IMG/VR virus record: IMGVR_UViG_3300032247_000581
Coordinates: 31,921-95,920 of that record
DNA length: 64,000 bases
Reading direction: 5' to 3' (one strand)
Source of the DNA: a virus
Taxonomy: Duplodnaviria > Caudoviricetes
The notes under the pieces are model-generated. The model was given only the letters and a program-made list of their open reading frames with translations, made no database searches and was not told the DNA's origin. Below are positions 19,837 to 29,018 of this stretch, in pieces. The stretch's first letter is position 1, and each line of letters begins with the position of its first letter. Made by a program: the position numbers and the translations under genes.

Positions 19837-20907
19837 TTAGTTGGTTTCTGCAATAACAACAGACTGGTCTGTAATTAGACCAAGACCGAAGATTGAGTAC
19901 CAAGCAAGTGCGTGCTCACGACCGAAGTCTAGAATACCGCCATCGCGTAGTTCAACTGGTAGTGAGATTGCGTGACCGAATGCGTTATCTCCAATGAAGA
20001 TAGCTGAATAGCGGTCAGAACCACCGTTACCTGTGTATGTAGCAGGTGTTGTGTATCCTCCACCAGGTGTTACTGTTGGGTTAGCAACAGCTGTGTCTGC
20101 TGAGTAAGAAGAACCAGCACCACCAGCGACCTTAAGGACCTGTGTTGTTTCGATGAATACGCAGTCGTATAGACGACCGATTTCACCTAGCATGAAGTTT
20201 CCTGGAGCTGCGTACTTTGTTACTTCAATGAACTCTGGATTGTCACGAAGCTTACGTGACTGGTGAGGGTGCACGAATGCAACATATGTCTCACCTAAGC
20301 GAGGGATGTTCTTGGTTGATAGTGTCTCAACTGCATCCTTAACTGTGTGAGTTGTGAGGTTGAAAGTACCTGTCATTGAAGCACGTGATGTGCCCTTTGT
20401 ACCATCTGCATACCAGTTGTTAACTGCTGTAAGTGATGAGCGGTCTTCACCGTAGATTGTTGATGTAGCTGCATATAGTGTGTCACGTGACAATTGGTCA
20501 AGGTACACAGCCATGTTGCGGCCTAGAAGACGTGAGGCTGATGCCATTACGTCATCAAATGATGCGTTAAGTAGAAGTTCTGATACTGCAAGAGCATAAC
20601 CATGCTCAGCTACAGTAATTGAGAACTGCTGCGCTGTAAGCGCGTTTGTCTGCATACGTACACCTTCAACTAGCGGTGAAGCAAAGCCTAGGTTGTTGTA
20701 ACGCATGAAGTTGATTTGAAGACCAGGTGCAACACCTAGTTCTGTCTTCTTGACTGCAAACTGTTCAAAGCGAAGAATTGGCATGGCCTGGAAAAGAATT
20801 TCCTTGGACCAAATCGTCTGAATAGCTTGAGTCAGCTGGGTATTTGTGCCTGAGTAGGCTGTTGGTGCGGCAGCTAAGTTGCCTGTACCTGTGATACCTG
20901 ATGCCAT
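19837..20907 (-). CDS. Major capsid protein (N4-gp56-like family)
   Basis: 356 aa; YVAFVHPHQ, GEIGRLYDCVFIET and DFGREHALAWY motifs; strongly biased codons. Confidence 0.9.
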   Translation of the reverse strand: MASGITGTGNLAAAPTAYSGTNTQLTQAIQTIWSKEILFQAMPILRFEQFAVKKTELGVAPGLQINFMRYNNLGFASPLVEGVRMQTNALTAQQFSITVAEHGYALAVSELLLNASFDDVMASASRLLGRNMAVYLDQLSRDTLYAATSTIYGEDRSSLTAVNNWYADGTKGTSRASMTGTFNLTTHTVKDAVETLSTKNIPRLGETYVAFVHPHQSRKLRDNPEFIEVTKYAAPGNFMLGEIGRLYDCVFIETTQVLKVAGGAGSSYSADTAVANPTVTPGGGYTTPATYTGNGGSDRYSAIFIGDNAFGHAISLPVELRDGGILDFGREHALAWYSIFGLGLITDQSVVIAETN

Positions 20908-20944
20908 TTAAATTGACTCCTTGATTGTAATTGGATTTGGGGGG

Positions 20945-21736
20945 TTAACCGAGTAAGCCGCGAGACTTACCGCGAGCTGCGTCGCTCATTAATTTGTCTC
21001 GCACTTTGGCGTAATCGTTCATCGACATTGACGCAATATCTTGCGCCGTAAACTGACGTGAGTCCATATTAGTTTCCAGTGGTCCAGCTGCGGGTAGAGT
21101 TGCACTCGTACCACGCATTTCTTTTCTAGCATTTTGCATTGCTGCTTGTGCCGATTCAAGAATTTTTGCAGAACGTGCTTTCAAACTTTCTAAACTTGCA
21201 GATACTTCATCTGGAGTATTACCAGATACAAGGTCTACTAATTCAGGAATAATGTTTTCACGTTCTTGCTCTATTAAATTTTGTTTGTAGTTCTGAAGTT
21301 CAGCATATGTACGTTCTTGCTCCAGAAGAGCGAAGGCTCGTTCACGCTCACTGCGCTCACGCTCCAACTGCTCCCGCAGCTCGTCAGTAGTTAGCTTGAT
21401 TAAGTCTTTGGCGTCCAAATCCTCAATAAGCTTAGCTTTATCTTTTTCCGCTTTTTCTGCTGCTTTTGCATCAGCTTCTGCGGCTTTACGAGCTGCCTTT
21501 TCTTCTTTGTCTTTCTTTAGTGAAGCAACTTCATTTTTTAGCTGCTCTACAACTGGATAAAGTTTATCTTTTTCCTGTGTGCGAACTTTTGCTAAATCCT
21601 CTTCAGTGTAAAACTTTTGAGTTTGTGTTGGTGCTTCTTCAGTAACAGTAGGTGCGTCAACACCCGACACGTTTACTACTGGAGCTGTACTAGCTTCTGC
21701 TTGAAAAGCATCAGCCATTTGTTCTGCTGTACTCAT
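20945..21736 (-). CDS. Capsid scaffolding protein
   Basis: Coiled-coil between portal and capsid gene; C-terminal IASMSMNDYAK.R motif. Confidence 0.8.
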   Translation of the reverse strand: MSTAEQMADAFQAEASTAPVVNVSGVDAPTVTEEAPTQTQKFYTEEDLAKVRTQEKDKLYPVVEQLKNEVASLKKDKEEKAARKAAEADAKAAEKAEKDKAKLIEDLDAKDLIKLTTDELREQLERERSERERAFALLEQERTYAELQNYKQNLIEQERENIIPELVDLVSGNTPDEVSASLESLKARSAKILESAQAAMQNARKEMRGTSATLPAAGPLETNMDSRQFTAQDIASMSMNDYAKVRDKLMSDAARGKSRGLLG

Positions 21737-21850
21737 AATTACATCCTTTTGTTCTAGGGGTCGTTGTCCGAAGTGAGAGCGCGAATGACCTAACGTTGAC
21801 TTACATATTTAATTTTTCTCTAACAGTGCAAAAATTTCAGCCTAAACGAC

Positions 21851-23567
21851 TTATTTTTCGTACTCTTCTGGTACACGTCGCTGAGGCAACATGGTTCCAT
21901 AAGCTTCAGTTACCAACTTGTTTCTCAAGTCAGCTTCGCCCATATCTGCAGCTTGTAAAGCAGCATCAATTGTTGGCGGTAGTACTGCAGGAGCAGGTTC
22001 TCCACCCGTAGGTGCACCAGGTGCACCAGGTGTTGCTTGTCCCACCATTCCAGGAGCAGAACCCGTAAGTTCCATAATTTCCTGTTCAATTTGAGTCTGT
22101 AGCAGTTTAAGTGCGCCATCTGCTGTGGCATCGTCCATAAGTTCTTGACGGATTTCATTGAGCTTTTCAGCTGGGAATTCTTCACCAAGTACTCGTAGAG
22201 CACCTTCTTTAGATTCAAGACCAAGGGACAGTAAGGATTGAATTTCATTAAGGGCGATTAATTTATCTAACGGCAGTGGTTGTGGGAACTGTACGTAAGA
22301 ACGGTAGGTAAGTGGGTCATTAGGGTCTAAACGGTCTACTTGACCCTTCTTTAATTTCACATCCGTAGTTGGGTCCCAGATAAATGTCTCTGGTTCCTTT
22401 ACTGCAAGGCTAAGCAGGATGAGTTCGTTAACTCGCTCTAAGCCGTGTGCGTATTGAATAATCTTTTGATGGTAACGGTTCATCAAAGGTTGGAACTGAA
22501 TAGATAGGGCTACACCTGAGGTATTAGATATCGGTTGTGCTTGCCCTAAAGCTGTTTCTGGAACACCAATCATTTCGTGCATAGACTTCTTGAGCATTGC
22601 TAAGAAGTCCATTGCGCCCTTTAATCCTTGAGCGCCTCCTTCAAGATTTTCGACTCTCGCATCTTTTGGTAGACCACCCCATACTTTATTGGCGCCCTTT
22701 TCGAGTTGGGAAGCTTTCGCTCCAATGATGACTGTAACTGGCGCAGCATGATAGTTAACAATGTCGGCAATATCAGTAGCAGTCTCATTGTAAGTGCGAT
22801 TGATACTAATAATGTCATTGCAATCGCTGAGCCCCCAAGGGCTACCGCTAATACGAACATTCGGAATATGAATAACAGGGATAACGCCAAGTGGATTAGG
22901 GCGCGAGTCAATAAGTTCATCATTGATATATTCCTCAATCATGTCATCCGTCAAAATTTCTGTGTAAGTAAACACTTGACGGGTACCTTCTAATGATGTG
23001 CCCCAGAAACGATACTTAAGCTTAAAACGAATCAAGCGCTCGCGGTCATGGGGGTGAAACTCTGGAAATGCAAAAGACGAGTTCAGGGGAAGGATACGAA
23101 CTCGTCCAGGATGCGTTCTACCAGCTGTGTCTTTGTAACCTTCTTCATAAGCAACTTTAATAAAGCAGTCGCCTGATACTCCGCCTTGTTGACCAATCTC
23201 CCACAGTACTGTGGCTTTATTGTTATCTACTTCCCATACTCGCTCTAGCAAGTCAGGAACAATAGCTTCCGTTTCTTTCGGGGAACGGAAGGAGACCCCT
23301 TTACCAAAAGTAAAATTAAGTACAAAGTCAGTAAAGGCGCGGAAATAATTAATTGCCATCTGTGTTTCGCCAACTTGACGGCGGTAAGAATAATGATGGC
23401 CTAGGTACATTGCCCAGTTAAGGGAGTAACGGTTTAAGCGTGGTCCGTGGACCTCACTATTCGAATTCCTCGTCAGCTAATTCAACTAGTCCGAGTGGAC
23501 TAATGGAAATTGTTAAATCGCTGCTAGCGGCGCGGTATGACGGCGGGCTAAAATCTATGGAACTCAT
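21851..23567 (-). CDS. Portal protein; N-terminal 36 codons are separated from the main ORF by a stop and a +1 frame change at 23453-23459
   Basis: Strong AGGAGGTGA RBS and ATG at 23567 give MSSIDF...ADEEFE, then TAG-T-GAG, then VHGPRLNRYSLNWAMYLG in frame with 21851..23410; portal motifs IPVIHIPN...GLSD and SGVAL. Confidence 0.85.
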
Positions 23568-23668
23568 GGCATCACCTCCTCTCCGTCGTGAACAGGAAGA
23601 ACCTGGGGAGTACGTAATGCTCGTACATCTTTAGCAAAAGTTGTGCGCTTGTTAAATATTACTGACAC
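23564..23668 (-). CDS. Possible 34-aa leader ORF coupled (ATGA) to the portal start
   Basis: GGAGG RBS and GTG start; stop overlaps the portal ATG. Confidence 0.35.
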   Translation of the reverse strand: MSVIFNKRTTFAKDVRALRTPQVLPVHDGEEVMP

Positions 23669-23697
23669 GCACTTCCCTCCCAAAACGTAATAGTCAA

Positions 23698-23729
23698 ACC
23701 ATAACATAAAAGTCGATAAATCTGTAAAT
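23698..23729 (-). promoter_or_regulatory. Promoter with ATTTACAGATTTATCGAC motif upstream of portal
   Basis: 18-bp exact repeat of 26273..26290, 8 nt before TATGGT. Confidence 0.6.
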
Positions 23730-23738
23730 TTTGTTGTG

Positions 23739-24035
23739 CTATTTGGTAACTTTTTTAGTTACCTTTTTTGTAACTATGTGAGCTTTTGAATTTTCTTCTT
23801 CTTTTTTATCCATTGCTTCTTGTGCATAATCACGAAAGCGAGGGTCTACGTCGCGTTTGCTTTTAACAAACTGTCCACCCAGTTGACCATATTTGGCATG
23901 AATCCAGTGCGCCTTTGCAGGAGAGTTTTTGGAAAATCTTGTTCCTGCTTGCATAGTAACCATGTTCCAAAGTTTTGGATTTGCAGGAACTTGGTCTGGC
24001 GACTCTTGTACTTCTTTACCTCTAATGAGGGCCAT
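23739..24035 (-). CDS. Small basic hypothetical protein
   Basis: 98 aa with AAGGAG RBS. Confidence 0.65.
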   Translation of the reverse strand: MALIRGKEVQESPDQVPANPKLWNMVTMQAGTRFSKNSPAKAHWIHAKYGQLGGQFVKSKRDVDPRFRDYAQEAMDKKEEENSKAHIVTKKVTKKVTK

Positions 24036-24054
24036 GAATACTCCTTAGATAAGG

Positions 24055-24097
24055 AACCTACCCCCGCAGCATGGTGGATGCTGAACGGGGGTAGGAA
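24055..24097. terminator. Stem-loop between genes
   Basis: cctacccccg...cgggggtagg. Confidence 0.55.
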
Positions 24098-24103
24098 GCT
24101 TAA

Positions 24104-24502
24104 TTAATCCTGGACTACTGAGGGGTTAAGACGTTGCTGATGTGAACCGTTACGAATAACTTCTTCGATGCGGTTATCACCGTGGTCAGCAAATGCACCA
24201 TTGGCGAACTCTGTAAGAGTCTCTGGAGCTTCTACCCATGCTGCAGAACCTACGTGAGCACGCTCACGCATTGTTTCTTCAGCTGGCTTTTCAAATACGT
24301 TTGCGTTGCGATTTGGACGACCTGCTGCAGGTGAGTAACCCTGCATAGCGCCCTTTGTGAATTCCTGTGGAACATCTGTATCTGTTGCGATACCTTCTTC
24401 AAAACGTAGAGGCCCGCGTTGCCCTGGTGTTGCTGGTGACATTTTGCGGTCGTAATTAGTGCCTGGACGTTCTGGGAACTTTGGGGATGGTGCAATTGTC
24501 AT
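24104..24502 (-). CDS. Conserved phage hypothetical protein (RGPLRFEEG)
   Basis: 132 aa with AAGGAG RBS. Confidence 0.7.
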   Translation of the reverse strand: MTIAPSPKFPERPGTNYDRKMSPATPGQRGPLRFEEGIATDTDVPQEFTKGAMQGYSPAAGRPNRNANVFEKPAEETMRERAHVGSAAWVEAPETLTEFANGAFADHGDNRIEEVIRNGSHQQRLNPSVVQD

Positions 24503-24594
24503 TTAAGACTCCTTATGAATTAGGGAAAAGGCCTTTTTCCTATTGGATAGTTTCTCGCTTTATTGAGACAAAATGTGCCTAAAGCCCAAAATTT

Positions 24595-26169
24595 TTATCT
24601 AAAGAAAACGTTGGACGACACTTCTACAGTAGGCATTGTTAAATCCATAGTTAAAGACACTGCTATAGCCAAGCTATCTGCATAGTCATCATGTGCATGG
24701 GCTTCATCTGGTGCATGGGCTAAAAAGTTTGGCCCCGTAAATTTTGTCTCTAAGTCTGACATTTGCTGATAGAAACGCTTCCATGTACGAAGGCGACGAG
24801 TTTTAGCGTGGGCAGGCCAGCCAACCATACGTCTATCGATAAGAGCCTTTAAGTGCTTCCACCGTTTAGATTGTTCAGATTGACTACTACCTATGGAATG
24901 AACCTCTGCACGTGGAAGAAGAATCTTAAGGCGCTGGGCTACCGCATCTCCCACACCGTTTGCATCCACGCCTACAGCTAGAACATCGTAGTTAGAGAGG
25001 AATTGCACAATTTGAAAATATTGGTCTTCCCAATCATCGCCTTGTAGTTCAAGCCAATTTAATATTCTATGGTCAAAGTAACCAAACTCATCTGGTCTAT
25101 CCCAGTCAACCCACAACACAGTGACAACAGTAGAGTCGACTTTACGAGCAGGGTCAATGCCCACAACAACAGGGGAGCGATGCCAAGCTTTTACAGTCTC
25201 TTGAGAAGTATCACCAAGTTCATCTAATATTGTGGAAGTAACAAACATACCTCTATCAAGGAGCCATTTACAGCAATAGGACATCTGGAACTCATCTGAA
25301 TCTTCGCCGATGCGTAACATTTCTTTTTTAATAAACTTTGCATAGTTAGCGTTGTATTTAGATACATCACGGTAATCCCACTCAAAGTGGTTTTGTCGTA
25401 CGCTTCGAGAAGTCTGCCTACGTTTGTTTAATTGAATGGAGCGGTAAAAGTTATTTTTATGTGTAGTTGGTGTGCCTGTCTTAACCATTGTTCCTGAATA
25501 GTAAGCCAACATAGGAGAGATAGATTTAGAGACAGTAAAGTCATCTGCTTCTTGACACTCGTCAATAATAATTAAATGAAAAGATTTAGATTCAATTTTT
25601 GCTCTAGGGTTAGCAGTCATCATCATAAGGGTAGAGCCAGAATTTTTTAATTTAATCTGTCGTGTAACACCAGGGACTTTACCTAAAGAGTCATCAATTT
25701 CTGGGTCGCCCAAAATCTCTAATGCACGCTCAGATGTAAGGCGGTTAACGGTTCTACCAAAAAGAGTTTCTACCTGTCCTTCAACAGGTGCAAACATACC
25801 TATCCAAATACCATCTTTAAACTTTCCAAGAAGGTCTGGATACATCTTTGCTAAACGTGGAAGCAACACCATAAGCGTAGCTACGGTGTTAGCAATTGTT
25901 TCTGACTTACCTGACTGACGTGCTGCCAAAGCTGTGACTTCTTCACCATCATTAATCAATACTGATTCTATTATTCGTCTAGCCAAAGGCATTTGATATG
26001 GGTGAAGCGGATGTCCTACAAGGGCGTCCATAAATTGAATACAACGGTCAATAAGCTTTTTTACAAACTCTTTGGAGAGCTCATCTAACTCTTCGTCTTC
26101 CTCAAAAGGAAGGTCGCTATCGACGTCTTCTAGCGCTTCATCTTCATCAAAAAATTCTGGTTCGCTCAT
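24595..26169 (-). CDS. terL: Terminase large subunit
   Basis: Walker A ARQSGKS, Walker B IIIDECQ, motif III GTP, nuclease motifs GIDPA and HDDYADS. Confidence 0.92.
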   Translation of the reverse strand: MSEPEFFDEDEALEDVDSDLPFEEDEELDELSKEFVKKLIDRCIQFMDALVGHPLHPYQMPLARRIIESVLINDGEEVTALAARQSGKSETIANTVATLMVLLPRLAKMYPDLLGKFKDGIWIGMFAPVEGQVETLFGRTVNRLTSERALEILGDPEIDDSLGKVPGVTRQIKLKNSGSTLMMMTANPRAKIESKSFHLIIIDECQEADDFTVSKSISPMLAYYSGTMVKTGTPTTHKNNFYRSIQLNKRRQTSRSVRQNHFEWDYRDVSKYNANYAKFIKKEMLRIGEDSDEFQMSYCCKWLLDRGMFVTSTILDELGDTSQETVKAWHRSPVVVGIDPARKVDSTVVTVLWVDWDRPDEFGYFDHRILNWLELQGDDWEDQYFQIVQFLSNYDVLAVGVDANGVGDAVAQRLKILLPRAEVHSIGSSQSEQSKRWKHLKALIDRRMVGWPAHAKTRRLRTWKRFYQQMSDLETKFTGPNFLAHAPDEAHAHDDYADSLAIAVSLTMDLTMPTVEVSSNVFFR

Positions 26170-26186
26170 ATTGACCTTAGTCTAGT

Positions 26187-26253
26187 AGAAAGCGGAAAGC
26201 CTGGGTGATTAACCCAGGCCGACCGTTGCCACACGGGGAGAAGGAAGAGGCAG
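26187..26253 (-). ncRNA. Candidate small RNA with CU-rich loop and intrinsic terminator
   Basis: -10 TATGAT at 26264-26259; UGCC/GGCA stem around UCUUCCUUCUCCCC; GCCUGGGU/ACCCAGGC hairpin plus U-rich tail; no ORF. Confidence 0.45.
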
Positions 26254-26258
26254 GCGTA

Positions 26259-26290
26259 ATCATACTACAAATGTCGATAAATCTGTAAAT
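26259..26290 (-). promoter_or_regulatory. Promoter with ATTTACAGATTTATCGAC motif
   Basis: Same motif and spacing as 23698..23729. Confidence 0.6.
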
Positions 26291-26294
26291 CTCT

Positions 26295-26537
26295 TTAGCG
26301 TGTTGCTCTTTGTTTTAATTCGTCAACAACAGCGTGCAAAGCTTCGGCCCCTAAAAGAGCTTCCTCTAAATAGGTGGTCTCTCGTGATTTAGAGTACAAG
26401 GACATGCAGCGACCCACTTCGTAAACGGATTGGTCAATCCACATCTCTAACTCTGAAGTAGGTATCTTTACTACCCTTTTAGCCACTTTCTCTGAAAATG
26501 GCTTCACCCACGGTTCTTTTTTCTTAAACATTACCAC
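26295..26537 (-). CDS. Hypothetical protein
   Basis: Coupled ORF in operon. Confidence 0.6.
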   Translation of the reverse strand: MVMFKKKEPWVKPFSEKVAKRVVKIPTSELEMWIDQSVYEVGRCMSLYSKSRETTYLEEALLGAEALHAVVDELKQRATR

Positions 26538-26812
26538 TCCCGTACATCTTTTGGCTCTAGGTTCATATCACGTAACCCAATAGCAGCAGCTAATAAATCA
26601 TCTGCATCTTCGTCAAATACATAAGTAGTAGGCTTAGTCCATATTCCCAACACAAACCCAGGGTGTGTAAAAGGCGCCCTAAATACAAGACAGAGTTTAC
26701 TTTTACGATAAGGGAATTCAGTTTCTTGAGTCCAGCCCTTTTCAATAATAGGAAGAGCCTTGCGGTGATAGTACTGAATAACATCCGCGTATAGTGGTCC
26801 GATAGATTTCAT
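26531..26812 (-). CDS. Hypothetical protein
   Basis: Coupled ORF in operon. Confidence 0.6.
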   Translation of the reverse strand: MKSIGPLYADVIQYYHRKALPIIEKGWTQETEFPYRKSKLCLVFRAPFTHPGFVLGIWTKPTTYVFDEDADDLLAAAIGLRDMNLEPKDVREW

Positions 26813-27225
26813 TATGCGTTAAATAGTACCCTAGTTTCCTCTGTCATTTCATTAGGGTTAAAGGGCCCCATGTCATCGTGGGTATCTAGACCAGAGGCAG
26901 CTAAATACTTGCCTGTTGAATTACTGGCTTTAAGGTCATCCCACATATCAACAGGAATGTCGTTGTACTCCCACCAAGTGCCGTCTCTAAATTTAACCAC
27001 TAGCTTTTGTGCTTGCCTACTATAGGCAAGCTTTAACGCCCTTGGTTTAGGAGAATTTGTGGTTGGAGCGGTCATTGTTTGATAAGTGGGGATAGGCTCT
27101 CTAGTATTGGCAATTTCAAAATCGTCGTAAACTTTTTCTTGTGCACGAAGGGCAATATTAAGCTTTTTATTTGCTACATCGGATGTACGGCTATAGTAGG
27201 TATCTACTCGATTTCTCTTAGCCAT
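26812..27225 (-). CDS. KTSC domain protein
   Basis: AY...QKLVVKFRDG..WEY.DIP...WDDL.AS.STGKY. Confidence 0.75.
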   Translation of the reverse strand: MAKRNRVDTYYSRTSDVANKKLNIALRAQEKVYDDFEIANTREPIPTYQTMTAPTTNSPKPRALKLAYSRQAQKLVVKFRDGTWWEYNDIPVDMWDDLKASNSTGKYLAASGLDTHDDMGPFNPNEMTEETRVLFNA

Positions 27226-27488
27226 TATTCCTCACAGACGTGATTCTCTGTCTCATTCTCCATAACTCTAGCAAAGCAAGTACCACAGCGTAATGCTTTA
27301 GGTGGAGAGTAGTTATTTTGAGCAGTACTACCTGGGGCAAATCCACTGCCGTCTTCTGCAAAAGAAGGTTCGTAATCTGAAACTATCTCAGATTCACGAA
27401 AGAGTTCTCTGGGAAAAGGTCCTTGCGGGTTCTGTACTTTATCTGGTACTGGATGAATTTGAACCGCTTGATAGCGGGTTACTTTCAT
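27225..27488 (-). CDS. Hypothetical protein with C-terminal Zn-finger motif
   Basis: CGTC...HVC. Confidence 0.6.
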   Translation of the reverse strand: MKVTRYQAVQIHPVPDKVQNPQGPFPRELFRESEIVSDYEPSFAEDGSGFAPGSTAQNNYSPPKALRCGTCFARVMENETENHVCEE

Positions 27489-27682
27489 TCTTCGCTCTTA
27501 GTAGTCTTTTTCTTAGGTGGTGTTAGTTCTTCTACCACTGGTTCTACTAATGGGAAATGCCCTGCAGCAGCTCTTTGACGTAACCAAGAAGGAAGGCAAG
27601 AAGCGCAATAATTTACAGGGTTAATCCCTGGGTCAGCGGTTGTGTAATCCGCTTTACTTTCACAGTTAGCACACTTAATCAT
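27485..27682 (-). CDS. Small Zn-binding protein
   Basis: CANC...CASC; AAGGAG RBS. Confidence 0.6.
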   Translation of the reverse strand: MIKCANCESKADYTTADPGINPVNYCASCLPSWLRQRAAAGHFPLVEPVVEELTPPKKKTTKSEE

Positions 27683-27766
27683 ACGTACTCCTTAATAGGG
27701 CTTAATGATACCCCAATAAACGCCAAAGAGGGAGGCACAAAGCCTCCCTCTCCAACGTACTCTTAA

Positions 27767-27961
27767 TTACTTAGAAGCACCGATTCCGTAAGACTTGTCT
27801 TTTGGATTAAGGGCTTTAGCTAGTGGGCCAACAAGACCTGCAACAAATGCGTTAGCCAAAGTCTTAGGGTCTGAAATCCCGCTCATGTATAGGGCGGCAA
27901 CTGATGCTGCTGATGCACGAAGCCAAGTAGCTCCTGCACTCTTTAACATATTCATATCCAT
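27767..27961 (-). CDS. Holin-like small membrane protein
   Basis: Two hydrophobic segments; LNPKD..YG C-terminus; terminator hairpin at 27727-27751. Confidence 0.6.
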   Translation of the reverse strand: MDMNMLKSAGATWLRASAASVAALYMSGISDPKTLANAFVAGLVGPLAKALNPKDKSYGIGASK

Positions 27962-28007
27962 ACGTTCCTTCTTTCGTGCGGAACTTCCGCCTAATAAGGG
28001 TAGCAGA

Positions 28008-28262
28008 TTATTCTTCCTCGTCAACGTGTTGTTCAAAACGACCTTCCAGTTTTGCAACCTTCTCCCCGATAGCAATCTGGTCAGTACGCAACTCTATAAG
28101 CATGGGAATAACTTCTTTATTAATTTTATCGTGAATAGATGAGCCGCCATTAGGACGCAACTCAGATAAGTACTTTTTAACTAACCATTTAATTCCAGCA
28201 ACACACGCTGCAATAATGCCAATTTCAGCTGAAGTTATGCCAATCCATGTGTCTATGCTCAT
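28008..28262 (-). CDS. Single-TM coiled-coil protein (ELRPNGGSS motif)
   Basis: N-terminal TM followed by the PNGGSS motif common in actinophage lysis regions. Confidence 0.6.
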   Translation of the reverse strand: MSIDTWIGITSAEIGIIAACVAGIKWLVKKYLSELRPNGGSSIHDKINKEVIPMLIELRTDQIAIGEKVAKLEGRFEQHVDEEE

Positions 28263-28478
28263 TACGCAACCATTCTTCTATGTTTATTTTAGTAGATAGA
28301 ATAGTTGTCCGTATAAAAATCACGTATTTACATAGCTATTTATACATTATTATCAGCATGTTTGTATGTGTAAAAAATAATATTTTGTTCAACTTGACTT
28401 AATGCGTAACGCATATGCTACTGTTGAGTAAGAGACAGGCACCCACAAGGTGCCTTTTTCCAACTGAGAGGAGCAGAA

Positions 28479-29018
28479 ATGCTTAATATCAGAATCAACT
28501 TCAATGTTGACTTAAAGAAGGTTGGGATTATATGGGCGACATTCGTCTTAGTATTCTCGCAACTAGCGCTGCCTCCAACTGCGGAAGCGTTAACTGTGCC
28601 TGCACCTGCGGAGAAACCTATAACAGTCAGCTTGACGTATCTGAAAGTAACGACGACAAAAACACAAGCCGCGAAATCCGTGGCTAGCCCAGACGCCAAA
28701 TACTTTGACGCTGAGGCGCTTGCATTTCTTACTACATACTCCCAAGGATGGAGTATGAAAGAGTGGAACTGCCTTCGTTCTATCTGGCAACGAGAAAGCC
28801 ATTTCAACCCAAAGGCGCTCAATATGAGTTCCCACGCTTTTGGAATCGCACAGTTCTTGCCTTCTACCTGGGGAAACTATAAGGTAGTTCAAACAGCTGA
28901 AGCGAAATTACAAATCAAATACGGATTACGTTATATAAAAATGAGATATGGGAGCGTGAATGAGCCTACAGGCGCATGTGCAGCATGGAGATTTTGGCAA
29001 AAGAAAGGCTGGTATTAA
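28479..29018 (+). CDS. Secreted lytic transglycosylase (SLT-like)
   Basis: Signal/TM segment; CL..IW.RES.FNP.A.N..S.AFGIAQ; GAGGAG RBS. Confidence 0.8.
   Translation: MLNIRINFNVDLKKVGIIWATFVLVFSQLALPPTAEALTVPAPAEKPITVSLTYLKVTTTKTQAAKSVASPDAKYFDAEALAFLTTYSQGWSMKEWNCLRSIWQRESHFNPKALNMSSHAFGIAQFLPSTWGNYKVVQTAEAKLQIKYGLRYIKMRYGSVNEPTGACAAWRFWQKKGWY

Noticed and set aside
23453-23459. Stop-codon reassignment or readthrough as the explanation for the interrupted genes
   Set aside because: Readthrough would not restore the frame (a +1 change is needed), and TAG and TGA act as normal stops throughout the window
23440-23634. Plus-strand 64-aa ORF
   Set aside because: Antisense to the portal N-terminal segment, which has the strong RBS
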